Shown one piece after another: positions 1 through 10,477 of a stretch of 64,000 bases of DNA. The DNA is from an uncultured Desulfurococcales archaeon (GTDB taxonomy: Archaea; Thermoproteota; Thermoprotei_A; Sulfolobales; WANQ01). Made by a program: the position numbers and the translations under genes. How positions within the stretch are numbered: the stretch's first letter is position 1; every line of letters begins with the position of its first letter. The notes beneath the pieces were generated by a model. That model was given only the letters and a program-made list of their open reading frames with translations. It was not told the DNA's origin and ran no database searches. The DNA is taken from contig CAYXRT010000004.1 of assembly GCA_964467535.1 (NCBI GenBank), positions 20,956 to 84,955 on the forward strand. Direction: 5' to 3'.

Positions 1-551
1 CTGTTTAAATCTAAATGAAGGGAGGACCTTGAATTAGCTAAGAAGAGATTGAATTTAGCAAAAAATCAACGATGCCTTCCATGGTTTAAAGTTATGATCA
101 ATGAAATCTTGAGGTAAATTGTTTAGAGTTATGAGACTTAAATCAGCTGGACTTAGCACAAGAGAATTTATTAATAAGTTCACTATTGATACTACTGTAA
201 AAGCTATTCGTGTTATCGATAAAATACGGTTATTGCAGTACTATAAAATCGTAAGGCTTAAGGTTAATGAATCTCGATGAAGACGTATATCATTATATGA
301 ATTTATCAGTATAATAAATCAGATATCGTAAATGTAGGTAGCCCACTAGTAATTGCTATAGAGCTTATGAGATGCGTTAATACATTTAGAAATGTCTTGA
401 TGCGGGACGGTGGATATCATAAATAGTAGAAATGTAGGTGAATATGTTAAAAGAATACATAGGAGTTAATGATAGAGGTGAAGAGGGAAATCATGCAAAA
501 AGCTTATGGTGATTTTCCATGTGGAGTAATTAAAGGAGCCAGAAACCATGG

Positions 552-810
552 TAGAGAGACGGGTTCACCTCTTTATATGAACTTATATGTTTTATATGTG
601 TGGTCATTGGCTCATGTTTGAGCAGCCCACCCTTCGCTCGGGTTTCATCGGTCATTGGGTGGGTGCTCCACGACCCTGGGCGTGGGGCTTGGGTTTTCTG
701 GGGCTACTTACTGTTTTTCCTCGGGGAACCACCTTAATTAGGGTGGTGCACCTCCTCATCGGTTTACTCCACCCAATAACTTCCTCTACACAAACCCATA
801 AGCCTTACGG
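552..810 (-). ncRNA. GC-rich structured RNA candidate. Class unresolved, with RNase P RNA-like short motifs.
   Basis: Line 661-720 is 36/60 G+C versus 15/60 at 1321-1380. Read on the minus strand, three helices form: 791-804 with 609-620, 769-780 with 651-662, and 701-708 with 621-628. Each contains one U-G pair that would be a C-A mismatch on the plus strand. GAGGAAG lies at 780-786 (minus) and GUGAACCCGUCU at 557-568 (minus). The 95-aa plus-strand ORF here looks like a by-product of the GC-rich RNA. Confidence 0.5.
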
Positions 811-1884
811 AAGCAACACACAATCAAAACATATATTAAGCATATACAATCATATATGCTTTGCTACGGCTTAAACAAGTTAACTACGAAGTTATTAAGT
901 GAAGGAATTTGCTAAATGTTTTTAGACAATGATTATGCAAATTCCCAATAAGTTATTCAAGTTAAGTACTAAACGGATTGGATTAAGTAACTGTAGTAAA
1001 GGTTGCTAAAGACTTTTTGCGTGATTAATTATTCTTTGAGCATAATGCTAGAGGGCACACACGTTTATTTTCATCCTCTAAGTAATAAATTAGCTATAAC
1101 ATGGCATTTAATGGATTCGACCGTTTTTAATGACAAGCTAGGTAAATATCTGAATACGGACTTAATTCAATCGCTTTAGCTTTACCGTTCCTCAGGTAAA
1201 TTCGTGAGAACTTGAAAAATATACAACTTATTGTAAATCTAAGACCTCATGTACCTAAATTTCTAGTACAAAGTTCATACCCATACTTAAGGTTATCTAT
1301 GATAAAGATGTCTAATTTATATGCATTAAGAAAATATTTTATCACAAGGAAAATCATTAAAGAACTGGTGTCTTCAATATTATAACAAAAAAATTGATAG
1401 TGAAATAGCAAGTCATTACTGAGTTAGTAAACTTGATGCATATGCCCTCCAAAGAGAAAATTAAAGAGTTATGAATAGTCTGGATTGACATTAAAATTAC
1501 TTAAGCAACACTAATAAGTTTTAAGAAATTTTAAAATCTAAGATTCTGTCATCCAGTATGTGGCAGTCTTTACTTTACTGCCACTTTAATTTAACTAAAG
1601 AAAGAATAAGTATACATTAGACATTATTACATATTGTTAAATTAACTAAGGTCAGAGGACACATGGACCTTAGTAAATAGTTTCTTCTATCAAGTAAAAA
1701 TAAGTATAAAGATCCTTGATTGTAGATCTTAAAACATCTTCTATAAGTTCAAAACTATATTTATTACATTTTCCTTAAGCATTCATAGTTAATGTGTTAT
1801 AATTACAGATTTTCCAGTTTAATAACAAGTTTTATTTGTATTATATTGAATATGGATGTAAGTAGAGAAGCCTGGTGATCATAA

Positions 1885-3444
1885 TTGAGTGTATGGAAAC
1901 CATACAAGGAACATGATACAATTGTCATAATAAACTTTGGAGGCCAGTATACGCACTTGATATCTCGTAGAATTAGGGAGCTTAATGTATATACTGAGGT
2001 AATACACCATTTTCAATTCAATGAAGATATAATCAATGAAGTTAAACCTAAAGCAATAATACTATCTGGTGGACCGAAGAGCGTCTATGAAGAAAATGCT
2101 CCTAAGATCCCCTATTGGGTTTTAGATCTTAATCTTCCTATTCTTGGAATATGCTATGGACATCAGCTACTTGCGCAAATGCTTGGTGGTATTGTTAAAC
2201 GTGGTCTAGGAGAATATGGAAGGATTAAGATAAAGATCATTAGAAGGGATATAATATTCGATGGCTGGAATGATGAAGAAGATGTCTGGATGAGTCATGG
2301 GGATTACGTAGCTCAAGCTCCTAAAAATAGTGAGGTTCTTGCGATATCTAAAGCGACGGGATATATAGCCGCATTTAAGGTCATGGACAAGCCAATTTAT
2401 GGTGTTCAATTTCATCCGGAAGTAGTTCATACTACTAAAGGTCGTCTATTACTTGAAAAATTTGTTAAGCATGTAGCTGCTTGTAAGCCTACATGGAATA
2501 TAGCAGACATAGCTAGTAAAATTATTAAAAAGGTTAAAGAAACCATACCCGAGAACGAGAAAGTTCTTTGTGCTGTAAGTGGCGGTGTTGATTCTACTGT
2601 CACAGCTCTTGTACTTAAGAAAGCTATTGGTGATAGACTTGTAACGGTATTTGTCGACCATGGTCTTCTTAGAGAAGGAGAAGTCGATGAAGTTTTAAGG
2701 AATCTGAAATCTCTTGGGATAAACCCCATCTTTATTGATGCTCGTGAGAGATTTTTATCTAGGTTAAGGAATGTTGTTGATTGTGAAGAGAAGCGAAGGA
2801 TTATTGGTGAAGAATTTGCAAAAATATTCTGTGAAGTAACTAGGAATGATCCTAGTATAAAGTGGCTTGCCCAGGGAACTACATATCCTGATGTTATTGA
2901 AAGTGGTGCTGTACCTGGTGCTGATAGAATAAAGAGTCATCATAATGTAGCTGGTTTACCCAAATGGCTTAATCTCAAAGTTATTGAGCCCTTAAAGTAC
3001 CTTTACAAAGATGAAGTCAGAGCTTTAGCGCTTTCACTAGGCGTTCCATGGGAGATTGCTTATAGACATCCATTTCCAGGTCCAGGTTTAGCTGTTAGAA
3101 TTATTGGTGAAATTACTGAAGAAAAATTGGAGATAGCTAGAAAAGCAGCTAAAATAGTTGAAGAAGAGTTAAGGAAGGCAGGACTTTACTACAAGGTCTG
3201 GCAAGCATTTACAGTTGTAGGAGATGATAAATGGGTTGGAGTAAAAGGAGATAGACGAGCAGTAGGATACATAGTAATCGTCAGGATAGTTGAAAGCGAA
3301 GACGGTATGACAGCAGATTGGAGTAGAATACCTTATGATGTACTTGAAAAAATTTCAAATAGGATTACAAGTGAGATAGAAAAGGTGACAATGGTAACGT
3401 ATGCGATAACAACAAAACCCCCATCAACCATAGAACCATGCTAA
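1885..3444 (+). CDS. guaA: GMP synthase (glutamine-hydrolysing), fused GATase and ATP-pyrophosphatase domains
   Basis: GATase motif GICYGHQ and HPE. PP-loop SGGVDS. C-terminal dimerisation region typical of GuaA. TTG start in the ORF track. Confidence 0.9.
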   Translation: MSVWKPYKEHDTIVIINFGGQYTHLISRRIRELNVYTEVIHHFQFNEDIINEVKPKAIILSGGPKSVYEENAPKIPYWVLDLNLPILGICYGHQLLAQMLGGIVKRGLGEYGRIKIKIIRRDIIFDGWNDEEDVWMSHGDYVAQAPKNSEVLAISKATGYIAAFKVMDKPIYGVQFHPEVVHTTKGRLLLEKFVKHVAACKPTWNIADIASKIIKKVKETIPENEKVLCAVSGGVDSTVTALVLKKAIGDRLVTVFVDHGLLREGEVDEVLRNLKSLGINPIFIDARERFLSRLRNVVDCEEKRRIIGEEFAKIFCEVTRNDPSIKWLAQGTTYPDVIESGAVPGADRIKSHHNVAGLPKWLNLKVIEPLKYLYKDEVRALALSLGVPWEIAYRHPFPGPGLAVRIIGEITEEKLEIARKAAKIVEEELRKAGLYYKVWQAFTVVGDDKWVGVKGDRRAVGYIVIVRIVESEDGMTADWSRIPYDVLEKISNRITSEIEKVTMVTYAITTKPPSTIEPC

Positions 3445-3851
3445 TATGGCTTTGAAGTCTTTTCACTACTCTAATGCGGGTTAGAAGATCTGAGACTAAG
3501 TTAATAATTGCATGATGTATTCATTACTTGTAATTGGGAAATTAGTTATAGTCTTGCACAGAGGCTTATGAACGCTATTTTAATCGCTTTTCGTAGGTTT
3601 TAATGCGAGATATTACTAAACACTGTTCCCGAGATGATGTATAATACATAAGATTGGCATCCTCACAATTACTTTAACATATAGAGGTTTGCATTTTAAT
3701 ACTTCAAACATACATTCATACCTAATACCTTTAGAGTTACTTATATTAGTTAATGTGTTATATGTACTTTCGTATTATGTTTAATTCCAGGATTTGGATA
3801 TTTTCATGACGAGATTTTATTAATTAGTATTAGGTTTTTAATAGTGCTATA

Positions 3852-4661
3852 ATGAATAATAATACAATAGTGTACTTCAAGCACGAATCTCTCGGGATGA
3901 GGAATATGATACACTCATTAAACGAAGTGACTGGAATAATACTAGATCACTCAAAGCATGTACTTCAAGAAGCTACTGTACTAAGGAGGAAGGGCATTGA
4001 GCCTTATGAATTATCTAAGGTCTATAAAAAGAAGTGGGAACTAGAACTCTACAACCTACTCATAGATTATTTTAGTGGTGAGCTATTACTCCTCGGTAAG
4101 GACTCCGGCATTGTAGGTAACCCAGATGCCAAATGGGTCTTGATAGCTGATCTTCTTGATGGTTCTAAAAATTTTCTATCCTTTTACGTACCCTTCTATA
4201 GCTATAATGTGGCAATAGCCTGTGGAAACGAACTAGTATTTGGTATATGCATTGATTTAGCTAGATCTGAAGTCCATAAAGCAATGAAGGGTAAAGGAGC
4301 TTATGTAAATGACGTTGATATAAGAGAGATCAGGAAAAACACTTATGCAAGAATAAGCTTGATATCAAATACCTTAATTAAAGGTTATAAATACTTACAC
4401 CTAGGATGTTCCTCTTTAGAGATATGTTTAGTAGCCAAGGGAGCAGCAAAACTTGCCATCATGAGTTCTTGGAACATAGATATTGCAGCTAGTATATTAA
4501 TAGCTAAAGAATCAGGTTTAAAAGTACTTAACTGGAATTTAACTAAATTATCTTTTCCTGTTAGAGAAATTAAAAGACTAAACTACATTGTTGGTAATGA
4601 GGAATTTATTACAGAGAACATAGATTTAGTAAGGAACATGGTTAAGAATATTATAAACTAA
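3852..4661 (+). CDS. Inositol monophosphatase / FBPase-family phosphatase
   Basis: DLLDGSKNF matches the IMPase DPxDGTxNF-type motif. WNIDIAASILIAKESG matches the WDxAAGxxIxxEAG-type motif. Confidence 0.65.
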   Translation: MNNNTIVYFKHESLGMRNMIHSLNEVTGIILDHSKHVLQEATVLRRKGIEPYELSKVYKKKWELELYNLLIDYFSGELLLLGKDSGIVGNPDAKWVLIADLLDGSKNFLSFYVPFYSYNVAIACGNELVFGICIDLARSEVHKAMKGKGAYVNDVDIREIRKNTYARISLISNTLIKGYKYLHLGCSSLEICLVAKGAAKLAIMSSWNIDIAASILIAKESGLKVLNWNLTKLSFPVREIKRLNYIVGNEEFITENIDLVRNMVKNIIN

Positions 4662-4705
4662 ATGCCGTCTTTCCTAGTTATGTTATTTAAATATTTTTAG
4701 AAAAC

Positions 4706-5803
4706 TTAGACTAATAGCTTACCAGTCTTTTTATCATATATACGAATTCTTTTAGGATCAAAGCCTATCCAAACCTTACTACCCACATCTATGTCAAATG
4801 TGGGATGAGTAACTACAGTTATTTGAATGCCTTCTTTCTCAAGTATCACAATATTTCTATAACCATATTTCTCCATGGCGTAGACTCTAAATTCTATATA
4901 CTCATTACCTTCTCTAGGTTCCTTAGAAACTATGATGTGTTCAGGTCTAATACCAAAAATTACCTCCTTGTAGTCTTTTAGAGCTTCTACATAAACTCTA
5001 GGTAGCTTAAATTTAAAGGCTCCAAAGTCAAGGATTCCATTAGCGCTATCGAATGTGCATTCAATTAAATTCATAGATGGATTGCCTATAAAGTCGGCTA
5101 CAAATGTATTAATAGGCTTATGGTAAAGTTCTTCTGGACTACCAACTTGTTGGATTTTTCCATCTTTCATTACAGCTATTCTATCAGAAATCGCCATTGC
5201 TTCACTCTGGTCATGTGTTACATAGATAGTTGTGCACTTGAATTGTCTCTGAATTTTCTTGATCATGATCCTAGCTGAAACCCTTAATTTTGCATCAAGG
5301 TTAGCTAATGGTTCATCAAGTAAGAGTATTTTAGGTTCAGATATTAAAGCTCTTGCTAATGCTACTCTTTGTTGTTGTCCTCCAGATAACTGCCTAGGTT
5401 TTCTATTGAGTAACTCCTTGATTCCAAGCATTTCAGCTAATTCGTATACCCTTTTCCTAATAACATTCTTAGGTACTTTTGCAATTACTAAAGGAAATGC
5501 TATGTTATCAAATACTGAAAGGTGTGGAAATAGAGCATAACTTTGAAACACCATCGATACGCCTCTATACCTCGGTGGTACAAATGTTGATGAGGCATCA
5601 TCAACTACTTCATCATCAATGTATATTTTCCCTCTCGTTAATCTTTCAAGTCCTGCAACTAATCTAAGTGTAGTTGTTTTCCCACAACCACTGGGCCCTA
5701 AAAGCACCATTAATTCTCCGCTCTTAACTTCAAGGGTTAAATCTTCAACAGCCCTTACACGTCCGAAGTATTTAGTAGCTTTTTCAAAGAATACTCTGAC
5801 CAT
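4706..5803 (-). CDS. Sugar ABC transporter ATP-binding protein (MalK/UgpC-like)
   Basis: Walker A GPSGCGKTT, signature LSGGQQQR, Walker B LLLDEP. C-terminal regulatory/TOBE-like extension. Last gene of a four-gene minus-strand operon. Confidence 0.9.
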   Translation of the reverse strand: MVRVFFEKATKYFGRVRAVEDLTLEVKSGELMVLLGPSGCGKTTTLRLVAGLERLTRGKIYIDDEVVDDASSTFVPPRYRGVSMVFQSYALFPHLSVFDNIAFPLVIAKVPKNVIRKRVYELAEMLGIKELLNRKPRQLSGGQQQRVALARALISEPKILLLDEPLANLDAKLRVSARIMIKKIQRQFKCTTIYVTHDQSEAMAISDRIAVMKDGKIQQVGSPEELYHKPINTFVADFIGNPSMNLIECTFDSANGILDFGAFKFKLPRVYVEALKDYKEVIFGIRPEHIIVSKEPREGNEYIEFRVYAMEKYGYRNIVILEKEGIQITVVTHPTFDIDVGSKVWIGFDPKRIRIYDKKTGKLLV

Positions 5804-5805
5804 GT

Positions 5806-6696
5806 TTATACCTCCATTTTTGCTAATTTAATCTGCATGAGGTATTTACGAGCTATGAAATATAGGGTCATTGACGGGATTACATATATTAGTGATAACG
5901 CACATAAAGGACCATAAGGTACTGCTAAGCCTATTTCACCTGGATGATGAATAAATGATGCTGCTATACCTAGTGATATAGGATATAATGGCTCCGTTCT
6001 TATGAGGATTAAAGGTATTATGAAATTACCCCATCCAGCAAGGAAGCTTAAGAATGCTACAACTGATAAACCTGGTCCTGCACAAGGTAATACTACCCTA
6101 AATAATGCCTCTAATTTTGAACATCCAAAGATCCAGGCCTGCTCTTCAAGTTCTCTTGGTATATGGTCAAAGAAGCCTTTCATTATCCAAATTTGTACGG
6201 GTATTATACCAGAAGCCACTACTATACCGGCTCCTACCAGGTTATTGATGAATCCAAACATGATACATAGTTTATATAATGGTAGCAACTTAGCGATGGT
6301 AGGCATCATACCTAGTACTAATAAGCCTACCATAAAGATGCTCTTACCTCTAAATCTTAACCTAGATAATGCGTATCCTGCCATAGAAGCTGTAACGACA
6401 GTTACTACCATTGTTGTTATAGCTATTATAAGGCTGTTAACTATCCACCTATGCATATATAATGACAGAGCTGCTGCTCCAGCTCTTATTTTCTTCAATC
6501 CGAAGACAATAGCAAAATTCTCTAAGGTAAAACTTTTAGGTATCTCTAAAAATGGACCACCTTTTGGAGAGAAGGCTGTTAAGAAGAGCCATATCATAGG
6601 AGCATATATATAAGCTATCATGAAGAATAATACTACATAACCTATTACTTCAATGCTTGGTTCGCTTAGTGATCTGATCAACCTCCTGGTATTCAT
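5806..6696 (-). CDS. Sugar ABC transporter permease (MalG-like)
   Basis: Polytopic membrane protein. 3-nt gap to the ATPase gene. Position is typical of a CUT1 permease pair. Confidence 0.85.
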   Translation of the reverse strand: MNTRRLIRSLSEPSIEVIGYVVLFFMIAYIYAPMIWLFLTAFSPKGGPFLEIPKSFTLENFAIVFGLKKIRAGAAALSLYMHRWIVNSLIIAITTMVVTVVTASMAGYALSRLRFRGKSIFMVGLLVLGMMPTIAKLLPLYKLCIMFGFINNLVGAGIVVASGIIPVQIWIMKGFFDHIPRELEEQAWIFGCSKLEALFRVVLPCAGPGLSVVAFLSFLAGWGNFIIPLILIRTEPLYPISLGIAASFIHHPGEIGLAVPYGPLCALSLIYVIPSMTLYFIARKYLMQIKLAKMEV

Positions 6697-6708
6697 GGCT
6701 TACACCTT

Positions 6709-7629
6709 CTACATGATTCTTGATATCTTTATTTGAGCTAGTGTAAGTAGGAAGACTATGATCATTATTATGAGTCCGACGGCACAGCCAGCACCTAGTT
6801 CATAAAAAGCGAAAGCCTTATGGTAAGCATATAGTGATAGAAGTTCCGTTCTGTAGTTTGGTCCTCCTTCAGTTAATATAAAAACGTAAGTAAAATCATC
6901 TATATCCTCCTTAAATATCAAAATTAGTGATAATACTAAAGGCCATTTAATTAAGGGGAGAGTTATTTTAGTAAATTTAAATAGTCTTGAGGCACCATAA
7001 ATTTCACAAACCTCATAATATTCATCAGGTATGCTCTTTATAGCTGAAGCTAATATTAACATTGCCAATACATAGCCACTCCAACAATTAACCATAACTA
7101 CACTCTGCATGGCTCTTTCATAAAGCCAGCTTTGTGGAGGTAATCCTAATAACATGAGAACCTTATTTAATGTACCATAACGCGAGTCTAGCATGCTTAT
7201 CCACATATACGGTATAACAGCTCCAGGTAGTGTGTATGGTATTATTAAAAGACCTGCTATAATCGCCTTTCCTTTAAATAGTCTAGAGGTTATATATAAA
7301 GCTGCTATGAAGCCTAAAGTGAATCTTAAGAGTAGGGAAAAAGTACAATATTCAAAAGTTACTGAGAAAGACTTCCAAAATATTTCATCAGAAAATAATT
7401 TCTCATAATTGTTAAGTCCTATAAATTTATATTCAAATAATTTTTTACCGTATAAAGCTATATCTGTAAAGCTAAAATATATAGCCCATAATGTTGGTAT
7501 CACCTGAAATGTTATGAAGAGAGCTAATGCGGGAAATAGAAAAAATATTATGATTATTTCCTCTAACTTGTACTTAAGCTTAGTTGAGTTTGTTCTCACG
7601 ATACGAAGTCTTTTTATTTTCGTTATCAT
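6709..7629 (-). CDS. Sugar ABC transporter permease (MalF-like)
   Basis: Polytopic membrane protein located between the binding-protein gene and the second permease gene. Confidence 0.85.
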   Translation of the reverse strand: MITKIKRLRIVRTNSTKLKYKLEEIIIIFFLFPALALFITFQVIPTLWAIYFSFTDIALYGKKLFEYKFIGLNNYEKLFSDEIFWKSFSVTFEYCTFSLLLRFTLGFIAALYITSRLFKGKAIIAGLLIIPYTLPGAVIPYMWISMLDSRYGTLNKVLMLLGLPPQSWLYERAMQSVVMVNCWSGYVLAMLILASAIKSIPDEYYEVCEIYGASRLFKFTKITLPLIKWPLVLSLILIFKEDIDDFTYVFILTEGGPNYRTELLSLYAYHKAFAFYELGAGCAVGLIIMIIVFLLTLAQIKISRIM

Positions 7630-7640
7630 ATCTCTGTACC

Positions 7641-8963
7641 TTAGCTACCTAAGGTATATGGTGGAAGTGCCTTGACTTTATCTTTTCCAATCTCTTTAAC
7701 CGCTAATTCAGCAAATAATTCCATGCACTCTTCCGGAGATAAAGCTTTTGGTAGTAAGTAGTCGTAGACTACCGTATTTAATATTGTTAGATATTTCTTT
7801 ACTTCGGGTATTAGTGGTTTTGGCACAGAATATTCCATAACCTTAGCTGCCCACTTAAGGAAGGGATCTTCAGCGTATTTACCAATTATTGCATCTTCAG
7901 CTGGTACTAGATGCGATGTCCTGTATCCCCATTCAGCCATGTACTCCGGTTTAACTAATTCTTTAACTAGCTCCCAAGCTAAATCAGGATACTTGGTTTT
8001 AGCATATATGGCATAAGCGTAGGTTCCGGTCATACTTAAGAAGCCTCCTTCCATCTTTGGGAACATGGCGAATCCTACAACTTCATCTCTATTAGGTATC
8101 TCGTGGGGCATTCCAGGGCCCCATTTCTCTGCCCAACACCATACTCCATCAATGGTTATAGCTAGTTCGCCTTTCTGGAAGAGTGTTCTTGTGTCCCATT
8201 TCTCTAGCCACATCTTAACTGGTGCCACTTTATACTTATGGAACATGTTATAGTAGTATCTAAAGAGATTCAGTATGGCATCGCTTTTAACTATGAGCTT
8301 ACCATCCTTTGGATCATATAAAGTTCCGCCTGCCGCATATATAGGTAATTCAATACCATACATTGGATTTATGGGTATTTTGTCTGGGAGCTTCTCTTTT
8401 ATAATCATTGCCGTTTTGTATAGGTTCTCCCAGTTCTTTGGCTGCCAAGGGATAGGTATACCAGCTTCTTTAAATAAATCCTTTCTATAGAAGATTACTA
8501 GTGGTGCCGTTTCAAAAGGTATGGCATATACTTTACCATTGACAGTCACTAGTTTCTTAGCAACGGGATAGAACTTTGCCCATCTATCCCACTTCTCAAC
8601 GTACGGTGTTAAGTCTAATAGTAATCCAGCTTCTGCCAGTCCGGGGATTTCTGTATCACCTATCCATACTACATCGCCTACAGTACCTGCTGCAAAATCA
8701 GCTACTAATGTATCTCTATATCCCTTATGTGGTTTAGTTATAAGTTCCACTTCAACTACTATGTTTCGTTCACGTAACATCCTCTCTTTAAATGATTCTA
8801 ATATACCCATTTCTCTGATAAACTCAGCCCAAAGACCTGCTTTAGTATATAATGATAATTTTACTACCTTGGGCTTGGTGGCCTCCATATACCAGTAAAC
8901 GGCTCCTGCTATTATAATTATAGCTATTATTATAGCTATTATGAGAAGTTTTCCACCAGACAA
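7641..8963 (-). CDS. Extracellular solute-binding protein, membrane-anchored (ABC family 1)
   Basis: N-terminal hydrophobic anchor LLIIAIIIAIIIIAGAVYWY followed by ~400 aa of soluble domain. First gene of the ABC operon. Confidence 0.8.
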   Translation of the reverse strand: MSGGKLLIIAIIIAIIIIAGAVYWYMEATKPKVVKLSLYTKAGLWAEFIREMGILESFKERMLRERNIVVEVELITKPHKGYRDTLVADFAAGTVGDVVWIGDTEIPGLAEAGLLLDLTPYVEKWDRWAKFYPVAKKLVTVNGKVYAIPFETAPLVIFYRKDLFKEAGIPIPWQPKNWENLYKTAMIIKEKLPDKIPINPMYGIELPIYAAGGTLYDPKDGKLIVKSDAILNLFRYYYNMFHKYKVAPVKMWLEKWDTRTLFQKGELAITIDGVWCWAEKWGPGMPHEIPNRDEVVGFAMFPKMEGGFLSMTGTYAYAIYAKTKYPDLAWELVKELVKPEYMAEWGYRTSHLVPAEDAIIGKYAEDPFLKWAAKVMEYSVPKPLIPEVKKYLTILNTVVYDYLLPKALSPEECMELFAELAVKEIGKDKVKALPPYTLGS

Positions 8964-9349
8964 GATACCGTCCCATTTAATAGATGTTCGTAACCCAAAT
9001 AAAAAACATGTTGAAGCAATAAACTTAACAAACTATTATATAATTAGTAAAATATTAAGAACCAGAAAAATGATAATCGCATCTGAGAGTTCTATATTCT
9101 TTTTTACAAGCAGTAAGGGCTATTGCAATCATTTAGCTTGGAAACTCAATCACAACTTTAGATGGTGTCTATGAGTTTATTTTTCATCGACTAAAATTAG
9201 TTTTACCTCACATTTGGGTTTCCAGATGCTATCGTATGCTCTTTTCAAGACTATATTATGTGGTACTAGTAAACTAGGAAGGTTTACTTTCAAGGATTTT
9301 TCCCTGTTCTATTTATTCCATGTGCCTAAACGAAAGTCATATTCTCCCA

Positions 9350-10477
9350 TTAATCTTTTAAACTGCTTAATATATCGCTAATCAGCTTCCTATCACCGCC
9401 ATTAATTAGCATACTACCATATATTTCGTGTACTTTACCATATTCATCTTCTACTTCAATTTTAACTAAAGGCATGGGGTATTCAATAACTAATATAGTT
9501 ATGTTATCGTTTATTCTAAAGGTCCTTCCATAATGCTCCGGTACTTCATATATGAGTGAATACCTAAATATAATTGAGTTAAATGAGTTACCAAAATTAC
9601 GAAGTATATTAGATGAATCAAGTATATAGAATATAGTGTTTTCCATTTCCTTGTAGTATAGAGCATACCTGTCTAATTTGAGTAGCATGCTTGGAATCCA
9701 CTTATAGTAATTATAGCTAAAGAGGTAAATGGCATTATTCATTTTTACTCCTATGTTAATGAACGTATTCTTGTACGATGTTTTGATAATGAATGATAAT
9801 GCTCTAAAGCATTTATTCTCGTAGTCAATAATACTATAGGTGTTGTTCAAGTCTATGGTCACATATCTGATATGACTAAGAGGATCCATAAATACAGGGG
9901 TAATATTAAATCTTAAGTTTATGGTTCTATTTAGTACAATCCTATATTTTTGCTTGACATAGGAAATCAAATTAAGGAAACTACCTTCAAGAACATTTTT
10001 ATACATTATACCATATTCTATGGGTATTGACCTAAACCAATCGGCGAAAATATAGACGTATACGCTATTAAGTGATAAGTCTACAACCTGCTTAAATGTA
10101 ATGTTCAGCTTCTTATGATACTCTTTATATATACTTTCTACAATTTCCCTAGCATAATTTACATCTAAGTATTCTTTAAATAACAATTGTACATACATAT
10201 TATGGGGTAAGATCATCTTAGGTTTAAATTCAACAACTACCCTATGTTTATTAGGTACCTCAATAATTAATTTCTTTAACGTATAATTAAAGTCAAATGT
10301 ATTTGGAGGAATTATTAAGTGTATAAACATTAATTTCAAATACTTGGAAAAATCAGTTCTATTATCAATTACTAGTAATGGAGTACTAATAACATCCTTT
10401 TCAACTAATACCATTGTTTTTAGTTTTTCCCACAACCGTAATAGTGAGCTGTAATAGCTAGAATAACCACGACGCAT
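9350..10477 (-). CDS. Hypothetical protein (orphan, Asn/Tyr/Ile-rich)
   Basis: 375-aa uninterrupted ORF with no motif I recognise. Lines 9901 and 10141 are 13/60 and 14/60 G+C. Flanked by 386 bp and 608 bp of ORF-free DNA. Confidence 0.5.
   Translation of the reverse strand: MRRGYSSYYSSLLRLWEKLKTMVLVEKDVISTPLLVIDNRTDFSKYLKLMFIHLIIPPNTFDFNYTLKKLIIEVPNKHRVVVEFKPKMILPHNMYVQLLFKEYLDVNYAREIVESIYKEYHKKLNITFKQVVDLSLNSVYVYIFADWFRSIPIEYGIMYKNVLEGSFLNLISYVKQKYRIVLNRTINLRFNITPVFMDPLSHIRYVTIDLNNTYSIIDYENKCFRALSFIIKTSYKNTFINIGVKMNNAIYLFSYNYYKWIPSMLLKLDRYALYYKEMENTIFYILDSSNILRNFGNSFNSIIFRYSLIYEVPEHYGRTFRINDNITILVIEYPMPLVKIEVEDEYGKVHEIYGSMLINGGDRKLISDILSSLKD

Noticed and set aside
523-535. Origin recognition box (ORB) call for TTTCCATGTGGAG
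   Set aside because: It is a single imperfect match with a 1-nt insertion relative to the ORB core. There is no clear repeat set and no orc1/cdc6 gene in the window. It is retained only as a hypothesis within the ORF-free-region finding.
587-874. 95-aa plus-strand ORF (MFYMCGHWLM...)
   Set aside because: It lies entirely within the GC-rich island, whose helices and G-U pairs indicate a minus-strand structured RNA. Its Trp/Gly/Leu/His-rich composition is unlike neighbouring proteins, and there is no operon context.
6002-6613. 203-aa plus-strand ORF antisense to the MalG-like permease. Similar cases at 31890-32468, 35183-35644, 16028-16747, 30688-31326 and 5259-5831.
   Set aside because: All are antisense to genes with strong family signatures. 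They show biased Ser/Pro/Ile-rich composition and lack start context or conservation cues.
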